Source: a virus
Lineage: Duplodnaviria > Caudoviricetes
IMG/VR virus record: IMGVR_UViG_3300048902_000189
Span: 1 to 45,163 of that record
DNA: 45,163 nt
Reading direction: 5' to 3' (one strand)
Part shown: positions 26,527 to 35,563 of the stretch, piece by piece
Layout of the letters: each line of letters begins with the position of its first letter
Numbering within the stretch: the stretch's first letter is position 1
Translations under genes and position numbers: made by a program
Notes under the pieces: generated by a model
Seen by the model: the letters and a program-made list of their open reading frames with translations, nothing else
Told to the model about the DNA's origin: nothing
Database searches by the model: none

Positions 26527-27066
26527 ATGCAGCAGGGCAGCAATCTCGAAATCCCCCTCCGCGTCATCGGCCCCGACGGGACGACGCTGTGGCAGGGCAG
26601 TGGCTGGCTGGGCACCGTCCTGACCGGCAAGGCGAGCGCGACGATCACGGAATCGAACTCGCTGATGACGACGGCGGCCAGCTTCTTGATGCAGGCGTCG
26701 AACCTGGCGGGCACCACGACGGTCATCGCGAACGTCCTGAGTGTCGGCCAGAGCGGCACCACCCCGTCGGGTCTGGTCGGGGCGGCGCTCAACTCGGCGA
26801 CGACCGCGGTGGGCAACAACATCGTCCTCATCGCGGGAACGGGCAGCCTCGCGCTCGTGACCACGGCGTCGGCGACCGGCACGCTCGGCCGTCACCTGAT
26901 CGGTGGCGCGAGCGGTGTCGTGACGGACTCGGCGACGGCACCGACGAACCCGGCGCAGTCGCTCGGGTTCACGGCGAAGCCGTCGGGCACCACGACCGGC
27001 GCCAACTTCGGCATCACGGACACGGGCACGGCGACGCGGCTCGGGGCGTACATAACGATCCACTAG
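26527..27066 (+). CDS. Putative capsid decoration/cement protein
   Basis: T/G/A-rich beta protein directly after the capsid gene; GGAGG RBS. Confidence 0.55.
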   Translation: MQQGSNLEIPLRVIGPDGTTLWQGSGWLGTVLTGKASATITESNSLMTTAASFLMQASNLAGTTTVIANVLSVGQSGTTPSGLVGAALNSATTAVGNNIVLIAGTGSLALVTTASATGTLGRHLIGGASGVVTDSATAPTNPAQSLGFTAKPSGTTTGANFGITDTGTATRLGAYITIH

Positions 27067-27080
27067 CAGCGCGACACGTT

Positions 27081-27105
27081 GCGGGGCGGCGACTGGCCGC
27101 CCCGC
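27081..27105 (+). other. Perfect 10-bp GC hairpin after the decoration gene (mRNA stabiliser or weak terminator)
   Basis: gcggggcggc-gactg-gccgccccgc; no U-tract. Confidence 0.5.
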
Positions 27106-27129
27106 GCTCGGAACCGAGGAGGCCAGCGG

Positions 27130-27738
27130 GTGAGCTTCATCCCGGGTGAAATCCGCAACACGTACCCGCAAATCACCATCGCTCCGAACGGCGTCCGCCG
27201 CGCCGGCCCGGTGATGAAGTACGTCGTAGGCACCATCCCTGTGTTCAACGACTCTGTGGGCAACTACCCGCCGGGCTCGGTGTTGATAACGGGGGCAAAC
27301 TTCCCGCGCTGGTCCTGCGGCAAGCTGTCAGCCGGGGCCGATGTGCCGCCGATCTATATGCCGTGCGACTTCTGCGACGACAGCGCCAACTTCCAGTCGC
27401 GCACGTTCCTTGGCGTCACCCTGCAAGACATCCCGGCCGGAGCATGGGGGCTCGCCGCCACCGCCGGCAGCATCGTCCCGGTTCGCTGTAACGACGCCAG
27501 CGTTGACACGCCACTCGGCATCCTCGGGACTTGGGTGCGGTGGTCGACAAACACCGACGACGACCCAAACGGAAGCCTCGGGTGCGTGGAGAGCGTTACG
27601 GCCAACGCGATGATCTCCGCCACGGCGGCCACCTCGCGTCCGGGAACCATCGTGGGACAGGTTATCGTCCCCGCAGGCGTAGGCGACACCAAAACCGGCA
27701 GCATCTTCACGTGCGTCATCCGTATCAACCCGCGCTGA
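27130..27738 (+). CDS. Virion structural protein (cement-like)
   Basis: GAGGAGG RBS; FLGVTLQDIPAGAWG...G pattern. Confidence 0.6.
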   Translation: MSFIPGEIRNTYPQITIAPNGVRRAGPVMKYVVGTIPVFNDSVGNYPPGSVLITGANFPRWSCGKLSAGADVPPIYMPCDFCDDSANFQSRTFLGVTLQDIPAGAWGLAATAGSIVPVRCNDASVDTPLGILGTWVRWSTNTDDDPNGSLGCVESVTANAMISATAATSRPGTIVGQVIVPAGVGDTKTGSIFTCVIRINPR

Positions 27739-27760
27739 AGCGCAGGAAGGTGACGAGGCG

Positions 27761-29071
27761 ATGAGCTTCTACAGCGGGGCCGGCGCCCCGCCCGTCAGTA
27801 ACGTGGCAGCGACCGGACTCATGTTCCTGCGGACGTTCGAGGGGTCCAACATCCCGACCGAGACGTTCACGCAGACGGCGACCGGCATGACGAGCGCGCA
27901 GACCGGGGGTTTCTTCGTCCTCAATAGCTCGGCCGACACGACGCCAGCCGACTTCATCTCGGTCTCGTCGCGCAAAACGTTCCCGTTGTTCGGCGTCGAC
28001 GGGCTGTGCGCTGAGATGTGGATTCAGACCACGGGCGACACCGAGGACTCCTACGCAGCGTGGGGTTTGATGACGGCGCCGTCATCCCCCGGTGCCTCCG
28101 TCGACGGCATCTACTTCCGCATGGTCGCGGGGACCGACCTGAGCCTTACCGCCGACGCGACGCCAGTGCTCCAGGCGGTATTCAACAACGCTGGCGTCGA
28201 GACCATCGCCAACATCGCCAAGGGAGCGGCGAACCTGCCGGCGTCTGGGGTTCCACACCGCTACCGCATCGAGGTCAGACACAACTGCGTGCTGTTCTCG
28301 ATCGACGAGAAGCCGTGCGGAAGCATCGACACCAGCGGTGTGATCCTGCCGGCGGCGACCTGTACGCAGCCGCTCGGTTTCTCGATCGGCAACGGCAACG
28401 CTGTCGGCGCCCGCACGATGAAGATCGGCCTGCTCGCCGTTTACCCGCGCTACATCACGATGCACCGGCCGTGGGGACATGCGATGGCCGGCAACGGCCT
28501 CGGCGGCTACCAGAACCCGCCTGGACAGGCGACGGGGCAGACGGCCTCGTACGCGAACGGGGCGGTCGCCGGCGCGTTCACGCCGGCGAACGGCGGCGGC
28601 GGCGCGCTGAACGCGCTCGGCGGCCAGTTCCAGTGCAACGCCACAGGCGTGAGCGAGAACGACCTCACGGTGTTCGCCTACAACAACCCCGCGGGCTCCG
28701 CAACGGTGTCAGGACGGACACTGTACGTCACCGGCATTCGGATCGGAGAGCTGCTTGTTCAGGGGGTCGCCGTCGTCACGGCGGCGGTTCTCCAGTGGGG
28801 CTGTGGGGTCGCGTCGAGCGCGAGCATGGCGCAAACCGATAGCGCGACGGGTGTCTCGCCGCGCAAAATCGCGCTCGGGATGCAGACGCTCGCGGCGACC
28901 GCCGCGGTCGGCACGATCGCCCCCGGCCTGCCGTGGCACGACTTCAGCCAAGCGCCGGTCATGGTGCCACCGGGCGGGCGGTTCCTCGTGTTCTACAAGG
29001 TCCTGAACGGCGCCGCGACGGGCTCGCTGGTGTACCGCGGCACGGTGGGCATCGCGGGTTACTTCGAGTAG
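27761..29071 (+). CDS. Virion structural protein, possible lectin-like beta-sandwich
   Basis: DGIYFR...HRYRIEV...FSID pattern; G/A/T-rich. Confidence 0.65.
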   Translation: MSFYSGAGAPPVSNVAATGLMFLRTFEGSNIPTETFTQTATGMTSAQTGGFFVLNSSADTTPADFISVSSRKTFPLFGVDGLCAEMWIQTTGDTEDSYAAWGLMTAPSSPGASVDGIYFRMVAGTDLSLTADATPVLQAVFNNAGVETIANIAKGAANLPASGVPHRYRIEVRHNCVLFSIDEKPCGSIDTSGVILPAATCTQPLGFSIGNGNAVGARTMKIGLLAVYPRYITMHRPWGHAMAGNGLGGYQNPPGQATGQTASYANGAVAGAFTPANGGGGALNALGGQFQCNATGVSENDLTVFAYNNPAGSATVSGRTLYVTGIRIGELLVQGVAVVTAAVLQWGCGVASSASMAQTDSATGVSPRKIALGMQTLAATAAVGTIAPGLPWHDFSQAPVMVPPGGRFLVFYKVLNGAATGSLVYRGTVGIAGYFE

Positions 29072-29075
29072 CCGG

Positions 29076-29855
29076 ATGGGCACCGTCCGGCACGTGGCGA
29101 CGCTCGGGCAACCGTACTTCGCCATGGTCGCCGAGGGCGTGGGCGACCTCTCGACGCTGCCGCAGTTCGGCCTCGCGGCGGTCGCGCTGGAGTTCCGCGT
29201 GGACGCCCTGCCGGTCCAGAGCGCCTCGGCGGACGAGCTGCACCCGATGTTCGCCTTCGACCACGACCTCCAGACGCAGGCACCGCTGCTGGAGGTGGGG
29301 GTCACGCCCAGCGGTCGCTTCAAGGCGCTCGCCAAGAGCGGCAGCACGTGGCAGACCGCGCCGTCTCGCGTCTCGGACACCTCGGTGTGGCACACGCTCG
29401 AGGTCAGGTACGACGGTGCCTCGGGGCAGTGGACCGCGGTCCTCGACGGGACGACCGACACGGGAACGATCGACGGAGCGCCCCAGTACCTCGTGCCGAA
29501 GGCGGGCTACAACACGCGCCTGATGCTGTTCAACGGCCGCGACGGCCTCGCGCGCACTGGCGTGAGCATCCGCTCCGCGTTCCTGACGTTCGTCGGCGCC
29601 TCGGACACGACGACACTGCTCTACACCGTCGACCGATCGCAGGACGGCTCGCTGACGCCGACGTTCGGTGGCACCGGCCCGGCGGCCATCGCCTCGCCCT
29701 GCGTGCTCTCGGCACAGTGGTACGACCCGATCTTCTCCCACCCGTGGGGCGTGGCTCCGACTAACTCCACGGACGGCGCCTACCGCTACGGGCTCACGAC
29801 CGACTGGGCGCGCCTGCCGCGACGGTCGACCGCGTGGACCAGGGTGGCGGCATGA
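29076..29855 (+). CDS. Virion structural protein (concanavalin/LamG-like)
   Basis: D..WHTLEVRYD...LDG motif. Confidence 0.55.
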   Translation: MGTVRHVATLGQPYFAMVAEGVGDLSTLPQFGLAAVALEFRVDALPVQSASADELHPMFAFDHDLQTQAPLLEVGVTPSGRFKALAKSGSTWQTAPSRVSDTSVWHTLEVRYDGASGQWTAVLDGTTDTGTIDGAPQYLVPKAGYNTRLMLFNGRDGLARTGVSIRSAFLTFVGASDTTTLLYTVDRSQDGSLTPTFGGTGPAAIASPCVLSAQWYDPIFSHPWGVAPTNSTDGAYRYGLTTDWARLPRRSTAWTRVAA

Positions 29856-30514
29856 GCTTCAACTCGCTGCTCGTCATCAACGAGGCCGCCGAGGCGCTCC
29901 GGGACCCGGCCTTCGGCACGATTACCCAGCCGCGCTGGCTCTCCATCCAGAACCGCGTCGCGCGGATCATGGCGCGCAAGATGCGCCTCGTGGAGTGGAC
30001 GACCGTCACCGGCGTGACTCTGGCCGAGCCCGAGTACGAGTACCCGTCGGACTCGTTCCAGATCATCTCGGTGCGCTACAACGAGACGCCCGGCGACCCG
30101 ACCACGTGGTTCAAACTGGGCGAGCTGTTCTCGGACGAGTTCGAGGCGCGCACCCAGCGCAACTACTCGACCGGCACGCCGATGCGGTACTACCCGGCGA
30201 CCACGAGCCTGTTCCTCCATCCGATGCCGGACGTCACGCTCGCCTCGGCGCTCAAGGTCCGCTACTGGGGCCTGCCCGACGCGGTGACGAACGCCTCCAC
30301 CCAGGACGTGCAACTGTCAGACACGCTGCGGGACCTGCTGCTCGAAGGCATGATCGCCTACGGGTTCGACGACATGAAGGACTACGAGAGCGGCGCCTCG
30401 GCGCAGCAGAAGTGGCAGGCCGCCCTGACGTTCGACCGCGACCGTTTCGAGGACAAGTCCGCGGACCGGCGCTCGCGCCTGCGTCCGCGCGCGAGCAACT
30501 ACGGGGCGAGGTAG
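29852..30514 (+). CDS. Head-tail adaptor (tail tubular protein A-like)
   Basis: EY.YPSD, TGTP..YY, L.L.P.PD...+.V.Y pattern; position before the nozzle. Confidence 0.75.
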   Translation: MSFNSLLVINEAAEALRDPAFGTITQPRWLSIQNRVARIMARKMRLVEWTTVTGVTLAEPEYEYPSDSFQIISVRYNETPGDPTTWFKLGELFSDEFEARTQRNYSTGTPMRYYPATTSLFLHPMPDVTLASALKVRYWGLPDAVTNASTQDVQLSDTLRDLLLEGMIAYGFDDMKDYESGASAQQKWQAALTFDRDRFEDKSADRRSRLRPRASNYGAR

Positions 30515-30517
30515 CAC

Positions 30518-32665
30518 GTGGCGTCGGACGTCATCAGCTCGCTGACCGACTTCTCTGGCGGCGAGATTCACGGCATCTCGGACATCCGGCGCAAGGTCCG
30601 CCACGCGCGCATCATCGAGAACGGCATCCTCGAGCCCCTGGGCGGCGTCGGCGTACGGAAGGGCTCGCAGCGGCTCTCGAGCGCCACGCTCACCAAGAAG
30701 CCGCACACCGTCACCGAATGGGTGTCGGCGAGCGGTTCGTCCAAGTGTTTCGTCGTCTCCGAGGACACGGCTGGTGTCCTGAACGAGCTGACCACCGTCG
30801 CTGTCACGGCGCAGACGACGCCGTTCGCGCTCCACGCCTCAGCCAAGGCGGTTTGCGAGCAGCAGAACGGCGCGATGTTCCTGACGCAGTTCCAGGGCAC
30901 GGGCTCGCCCATCTTCTATCGGACCGGGAACCCGGCGAACAAGTGGCACTCGATGATCCTGCCGCGCCCGGCGTTCCCGGCCATCCCGACGGGCCTCACT
31001 GTGACAGGCGCCGGGCTCACCGGCGGCCCGTACACGGTGAACGTCACGGTGAACGCGGGCGACGTCACGCTCACACTAAACACGGGTGTCGGCGTCATCA
31101 ACAACGACGGCACCATCACCATCGGCTCGGGCACGGCGCAGTTCACCATCCCGAACGTGCGGTCGAACGCGGCGAGCGCGGTGCTTCACTACCAGTCGGC
31201 CGGCGCCGCGGCGAACACGGTGATGACGCTGACCGGGGCCGGCGGCGGCGGCCTGACCGCGGCCTCGACGTACTGGTACCGCCTGCGGTTCCGGTACTTG
31301 GACGGCAGCTCTAAGGCGACCGCCCCGCAGTCGATCGCCATGGGTGCGAACACGCAGGTCCAGCTCACGACAATCGCGAACGAGGTGCGGAGCGACTACC
31401 TCGGCTGGACGCTCGAGCGCACCACGTCGCAGGGCAGCGTCATCGGGCCGTTCTACTTCGTCACGGACCAGCCGGCGGGGACCGTCATCTACAACGACGT
31501 CATCGCCGACGCTGACCTTGGCTACCGCTCTGACGAGAACCTGCACGGCGAGCCGCCGCACTTCGACGGCCTCGTGTCCTTCCGCGACCGGCTCGTGGGC
31601 TGGGTGGGATCGAACATCTGGCTCTCGCAGTCGGTCGCAGACGTCGAGGCCACCGGCATCTGCAACTGGAACGCGCTCAACGCGACGCCAGCGGGGCCCG
31701 ACGACGGCGACATCATCAGCCTCGTGCTGAAGCAGTCGGACCGGCTCTGCATCGCGAAGCGGTGGAGCATCTGGGTCGCCGAGGGCGACGACATCCAGTC
31801 GCTGCGCGTGTTCGACATCTACAAGGGCGCTGGCGCGGGCGGCTGCCGGGCCGCCTGCGCCGTCGGCTCGGTGATCTACTTCCACGGCGACGCGGGCTTC
31901 CACCGCATCGTCGGCAACGACGTGAAACCTTTCGGCTACACCGAGGAGGGGGACACATTCAAGGCGTTCCGCAGCGGTCAGAACACCGACGTCAAGGTGG
32001 TCAACTACCTGAACCAGCAGGTGCTCGTGTTCTTCTCCACGGCGGCCGCCTACAACGACGACGGGCTCATGTACGACCTGCGTTTCGGTGGCTGGACGCG
32101 GATCAAGGGCTGGTACATCGCCGACTGCGTGGTCCAGAAAGCCGGCAACTTCGGCGACGCCCACGCGATGCTGTCGGTCGATCGGCGCGACCTCGACGCC
32201 GGCGCTGGGTTCGACTACCCGGTCTGGCTGTCGTTCTACGGGTTCCAAGACGAGAAGGCCGCGGACGCGAGCGGCGGCACGCCGCCGAGCTGGGTGCTCG
32301 AGACGCCGATGATGGACGACGGTCTGCCGGCGAACGAGAAGGAGTGGCAGCGCATCCAGCTATTCCTCCGCGCCAGCTCGAGTGTCACCGCGACGGTCAC
32401 GCTGATCCTTGACCCCCAACAGTCGGTCTCGCGCACCCTGTCGGCGCCGCAGTCGTCGGCGACCTGGGGGGCGCCGACGACGTGGGGCAGCTTCGTCTGG
32501 GGCACCGACCAGGACGCCGGGCCGTACGCCGGGCTGCCCGCGGAGGCGCGCGGGCGCCGGTACGCGCTCCGGGTTGTGGTGAGCCCGCCGGGCGACCTAG
32601 CATTCAAGGGCTACGAGATGCGGGGCAAACTCCGCAGGGCAGTGGACTTCTCGAGGGCGACATGA
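30518..32665 (+). CDS. Tail nozzle / tubular protein B (P22 gp10-like)
   Basis: DFSGG N-terminus, G....RKG, FRDRL, DGD.I..L, beta-propeller-like repeats. Confidence 0.75.
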   Translation: MASDVISSLTDFSGGEIHGISDIRRKVRHARIIENGILEPLGGVGVRKGSQRLSSATLTKKPHTVTEWVSASGSSKCFVVSEDTAGVLNELTTVAVTAQTTPFALHASAKAVCEQQNGAMFLTQFQGTGSPIFYRTGNPANKWHSMILPRPAFPAIPTGLTVTGAGLTGGPYTVNVTVNAGDVTLTLNTGVGVINNDGTITIGSGTAQFTIPNVRSNAASAVLHYQSAGAAANTVMTLTGAGGGGLTAASTYWYRLRFRYLDGSSKATAPQSIAMGANTQVQLTTIANEVRSDYLGWTLERTTSQGSVIGPFYFVTDQPAGTVIYNDVIADADLGYRSDENLHGEPPHFDGLVSFRDRLVGWVGSNIWLSQSVADVEATGICNWNALNATPAGPDDGDIISLVLKQSDRLCIAKRWSIWVAEGDDIQSLRVFDIYKGAGAGGCRAACAVGSVIYFHGDAGFHRIVGNDVKPFGYTEEGDTFKAFRSGQNTDVKVVNYLNQQVLVFFSTAAAYNDDGLMYDLRFGGWTRIKGWYIADCVVQKAGNFGDAHAMLSVDRRDLDAGAGFDYPVWLSFYGFQDEKAADASGGTPPSWVLETPMMDDGLPANEKEWQRIQLFLRASSSVTATVTLILDPQQSVSRTLSAPQSSATWGAPTTWGSFVWGTDQDAGPYAGLPAEARGRRYALRVVVSPPGDLAFKGYEMRGKLRRAVDFSRAT

Positions 32666-33345
32666 CCCCGTTGGTGACGCTTCCTTTCCCACTGACTGAC
32701 GGCACCACGGCCAAGGGGTCCGAGGTGCGCGCGAACGACGACGCCCTGAAGGCGGTCCTCAACGGCGGTATCGAGGACGTCAACGTCAAGACCGGGGCGG
32801 CGATCGACGGCAACAAGCTGTCGAACATCCCCGGGGCCCAGATTCCGTTCGACCGCATCGCCGACGACGCCGTGACCGCGGACAAGCTCCGCGACGACGC
32901 CACGGTCGACGGCCAGCGCGCGGTGACGACCAACCACATCCGCGACCAGGCGGTGACGAAGGGCAAGGTCTCGACGGCCGGAGGCTCCCGGCTCACGGTC
33001 GCGCAGCTGGAGTTGGCGACCGGCTCCGGGGCGATTCCCGCCTCCGGCTCGGTCGCCTTCGTCAGCGGCGGCGTGGTGAACATCAACGCCTTCCTGGGAA
33101 TCTGCGTCACGCCGGTGAACGTGGCCGGGAGCTGGCGGTTTAGCGTCATCGCCAGCTGGGCACGCGCCAGCGACGAGAACATCTACGCCTTCTCGACCAC
33201 AGTCGACCCGAACGCCATCGGCATCGGCACCCTGCCGGTGGCGACGAAGCAGATTCTCGCCTGCTGGCTCCAGAGCCCGAGCGTCGCCGAGCCGGCGGTG
33301 CAACTCAACGGCACCCTGTACGTGGTCTACATCGCAACGACGTAG
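32662..33345 (+). CDS. Putative tail fibre/spike-associated protein
   Basis: GTTAKGSEV.AN...L, IADDAVTADKL and I.D.AVT repeats. Confidence 0.6.
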   Translation: MTPLVTLPFPLTDGTTAKGSEVRANDDALKAVLNGGIEDVNVKTGAAIDGNKLSNIPGAQIPFDRIADDAVTADKLRDDATVDGQRAVTTNHIRDQAVTKGKVSTAGGSRLTVAQLELATGSGAIPASGSVAFVSGGVVNINAFLGICVTPVNVAGSWRFSVIASWARASDENIYAFSTTVDPNAIGIGTLPVATKQILACWLQSPSVAEPAVQLNGTLYVVYIATT

Positions 33346-33356
33346 GAGGTAACACC

Positions 33357-33749
33357 ATGGGCGGCACCCAGCCCTCAGTCATCACCGACAAGGACGGCCT
33401 GCGCGCGAACGCTGGCGCCCAGAGCGGCGACGCGACGATTGTCGAGCACGGCCTCTCCTTCGGCAAGATGGTTCACGGCGGCGACGTCGGCAAGATGAAG
33501 GCGCAGTACGCGAAGGTCGCGGGCGTCGCTGGCGTCACCACGTACCGCGTGCCGCACACGCTCGGCATCGTGCCTGGCTTCTGCATGCTCGTCGCCAGCG
33601 ACAACCCCAGCACGCCGGCAACGGTGCTGTCGGCGTCGCCGGAGGCGTACGACAAGTGGACGGCGACCGAGTGCCGCGTGCGCGTGTTCGCGAACATCGG
33701 CAACATCGCCGGCTCGGCCATGTGGTTCATGATCGGAGGGGAGCGGTAG
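33357..33749 (+). CDS. Small tail-associated protein (VPHTLG..P motif)
   Basis: AGGAGG RBS; motif seen in podovirus tail proteins. Confidence 0.6.
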   Translation: MGGTQPSVITDKDGLRANAGAQSGDATIVEHGLSFGKMVHGGDVGKMKAQYAKVAGVAGVTTYRVPHTLGIVPGFCMLVASDNPSTPATVLSASPEAYDKWTATECRVRVFANIGNIAGSAMWFMIGGER

Positions 33750-33751
33750 CG

Positions 33752-34417
33752 ATGGCTGGACTGGACCCCATCAGCGCGGCAGCGACTCTCGCCCCGCTCG
33801 TAATCGGCGCCTTCCGGCGCCCGAAGAAGGGCCCCAACCGCTACGCGATCATCAACAAGTACCGGGGCACGCGCCCGGAGGGCTACGTCACGCCCGAGGA
33901 CCAAGCCGCAGCGGAGCGCACGCGAACCAGGATCGCGGGAGCGGCCACTGCCGCCGCCGGCCGCCGCCGGGCCGAGAACACGCGCCAGGTCTCCGCGCGC
34001 GGTCTCGGGGGGCCAGCCGCGGCCGCGCTCGAGCAGCAGGCGTCGGACACCGAGGCTGGGGGCGCCGAGGAGGCTGCCCGGACGTCGGCGGACCAGCTGT
34101 ACCAGGCGTTCCAGTCGAACCTCGGCTACGCCCGCCAGCAGAACGACACCGCGTTCGGGGCGGAGATCGGTGCGGCAACCCACGACGCGGCCCTCGCTGA
34201 CGCCCAGAACGCTTCGTTCTGGAACAGCGTCAACGAGGCCATCCCCGGCATCGTCTCGGCGTGGAGCCCGGCGCCGACCGCGACGCCGACGGCGAGCACC
34301 TCCGGCGTCGTCACGCCGACCACCGGACTGCCCGGTGTGGCGGGGCGGCAGACGACCGTGGCGCCCGTGACGCCCGCGCAGAAGAAGGTCCGCGGGCTCC
34401 AGCCCCCGGCCCGGTAA
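33752..34417 (+). CDS. Putative internal virion (DNA ejection/pilot) protein
   Basis: MAGLDPISAAA N-terminus, A/Q-rich, SARGLGG motif. Confidence 0.6.
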   Translation: MAGLDPISAAATLAPLVIGAFRRPKKGPNRYAIINKYRGTRPEGYVTPEDQAAAERTRTRIAGAATAAAGRRRAENTRQVSARGLGGPAAAALEQQASDTEAGGAEEAARTSADQLYQAFQSNLGYARQQNDTAFGAEIGAATHDAALADAQNASFWNSVNEAIPGIVSAWSPAPTATPTASTSGVVTPTTGLPGVAGRQTTVAPVTPAQKKVRGLQPPAR

Positions 34418-34420
34418 CGC

Positions 34421-35560
34421 ATGGGCGCGATCGACTCCGCGGTCGACCGGCTCTCCTCGGCGTTCGGCCGCGGCTACCGCGCGGCGCAGGGCCCGGACGT
34501 CCCGGGCCCGCCCCTGCACGTGTCGCCGTTCCGCCCCGGGGAGGTCACGGGCGAGGGCATCGCCGTCAAGGCGATCGCCTCGCTGCTCGCCGGCCGCCGA
34601 GCTGCCGCTAACCAGCGGCTCGTCGAGGAGGCGCGCCAGACGCGCATGGCGCACGAGCGTGCGCTGACCGACCAGCTCAACGCGAAGCTGAACCCGCCGA
34701 CGACCATGCACCAACTCCCAAGCGGCGAGTCAATCCCCGTGACGGACGAGCAGTACCTCTCGCACTACAGCGCGTTTCACCCCCGGCCGGCAGCACAGGG
34801 CGCGCGCATCCACATGAGCGCCGAGGAGGCCGCGGGGCTGCACGTACCGTTCGACCCCGAGACCGGGACGGCGCCGGGGGCCGACGTGGGCTTCCGCCTG
34901 CGCGAGCAGGGGGCGAAGGACGTCGAGCGGCGGTTCCAGCAGTCCCAAGGCGCCACCCAGACCCGATTCGACACGAGCCAAAAGGGCATCGGCGACCGGG
35001 CGGCCGCGCAGCGGGAGACCCAGAGCTGGACGAAGCTGATCGGCGACCTGGACAAGAACGAGGCGGAGGTCGAGCGGGACGCGCTCGCGCGCCACCTCGG
35101 CTACGGTCAGGCCGCCGCGCGCATCCTCCAAGACCCGAACGCCAGCCCGACGCTGCGGGCGAAGTCCGCCCGGCAACTGGGCGTCGGATACGCTCGTAAC
35201 CCGGCCGACAACACCATCATGCGCGATCCGACGACGCAGCAGCCGATGTACGACCTGACCGGGCTGCCGCAGCGGGTGAAGGACTTCGCCGCCCGGAACG
35301 CCGCCCGCGTGCGCGCCAACGTCATCAACATGCACGCCGCCGATCGGCTCTACTACTCGCAGCGGCTCCACGACGCGACCGGCCGCTACACCGGCCAAGC
35401 GTCCGCCCCGGCGGCTCCCGCGGCGGCTCCGAGCATCGACTTCGCTCCCGAGGAGTTGGAGTACCTGCGCCGGCTGGGGGTGCCGATGCCGGGCACCGAG
35501 CCGGAACCCGAGACCGACGAGGCTGACACGACGTGGTACGACGCCCCGGCGGGGGAGTGA
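34421..35560 (+). CDS. Putative internal virion (ejection) protein
   Basis: Position; helical Q/R-rich composition. Confidence 0.55.
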   Translation: MGAIDSAVDRLSSAFGRGYRAAQGPDVPGPPLHVSPFRPGEVTGEGIAVKAIASLLAGRRAAANQRLVEEARQTRMAHERALTDQLNAKLNPPTTMHQLPSGESIPVTDEQYLSHYSAFHPRPAAQGARIHMSAEEAAGLHVPFDPETGTAPGADVGFRLREQGAKDVERRFQQSQGATQTRFDTSQKGIGDRAAAQRETQSWTKLIGDLDKNEAEVERDALARHLGYGQAAARILQDPNASPTLRAKSARQLGVGYARNPADNTIMRDPTTQQPMYDLTGLPQRVKDFAARNAARVRANVINMHAADRLYYSQRLHDATGRYTGQASAPAAPAAAPSIDFAPEELEYLRRLGVPMPGTEPEPETDEADTTWYDAPAGE

Positions 35561-35563
35561 GGC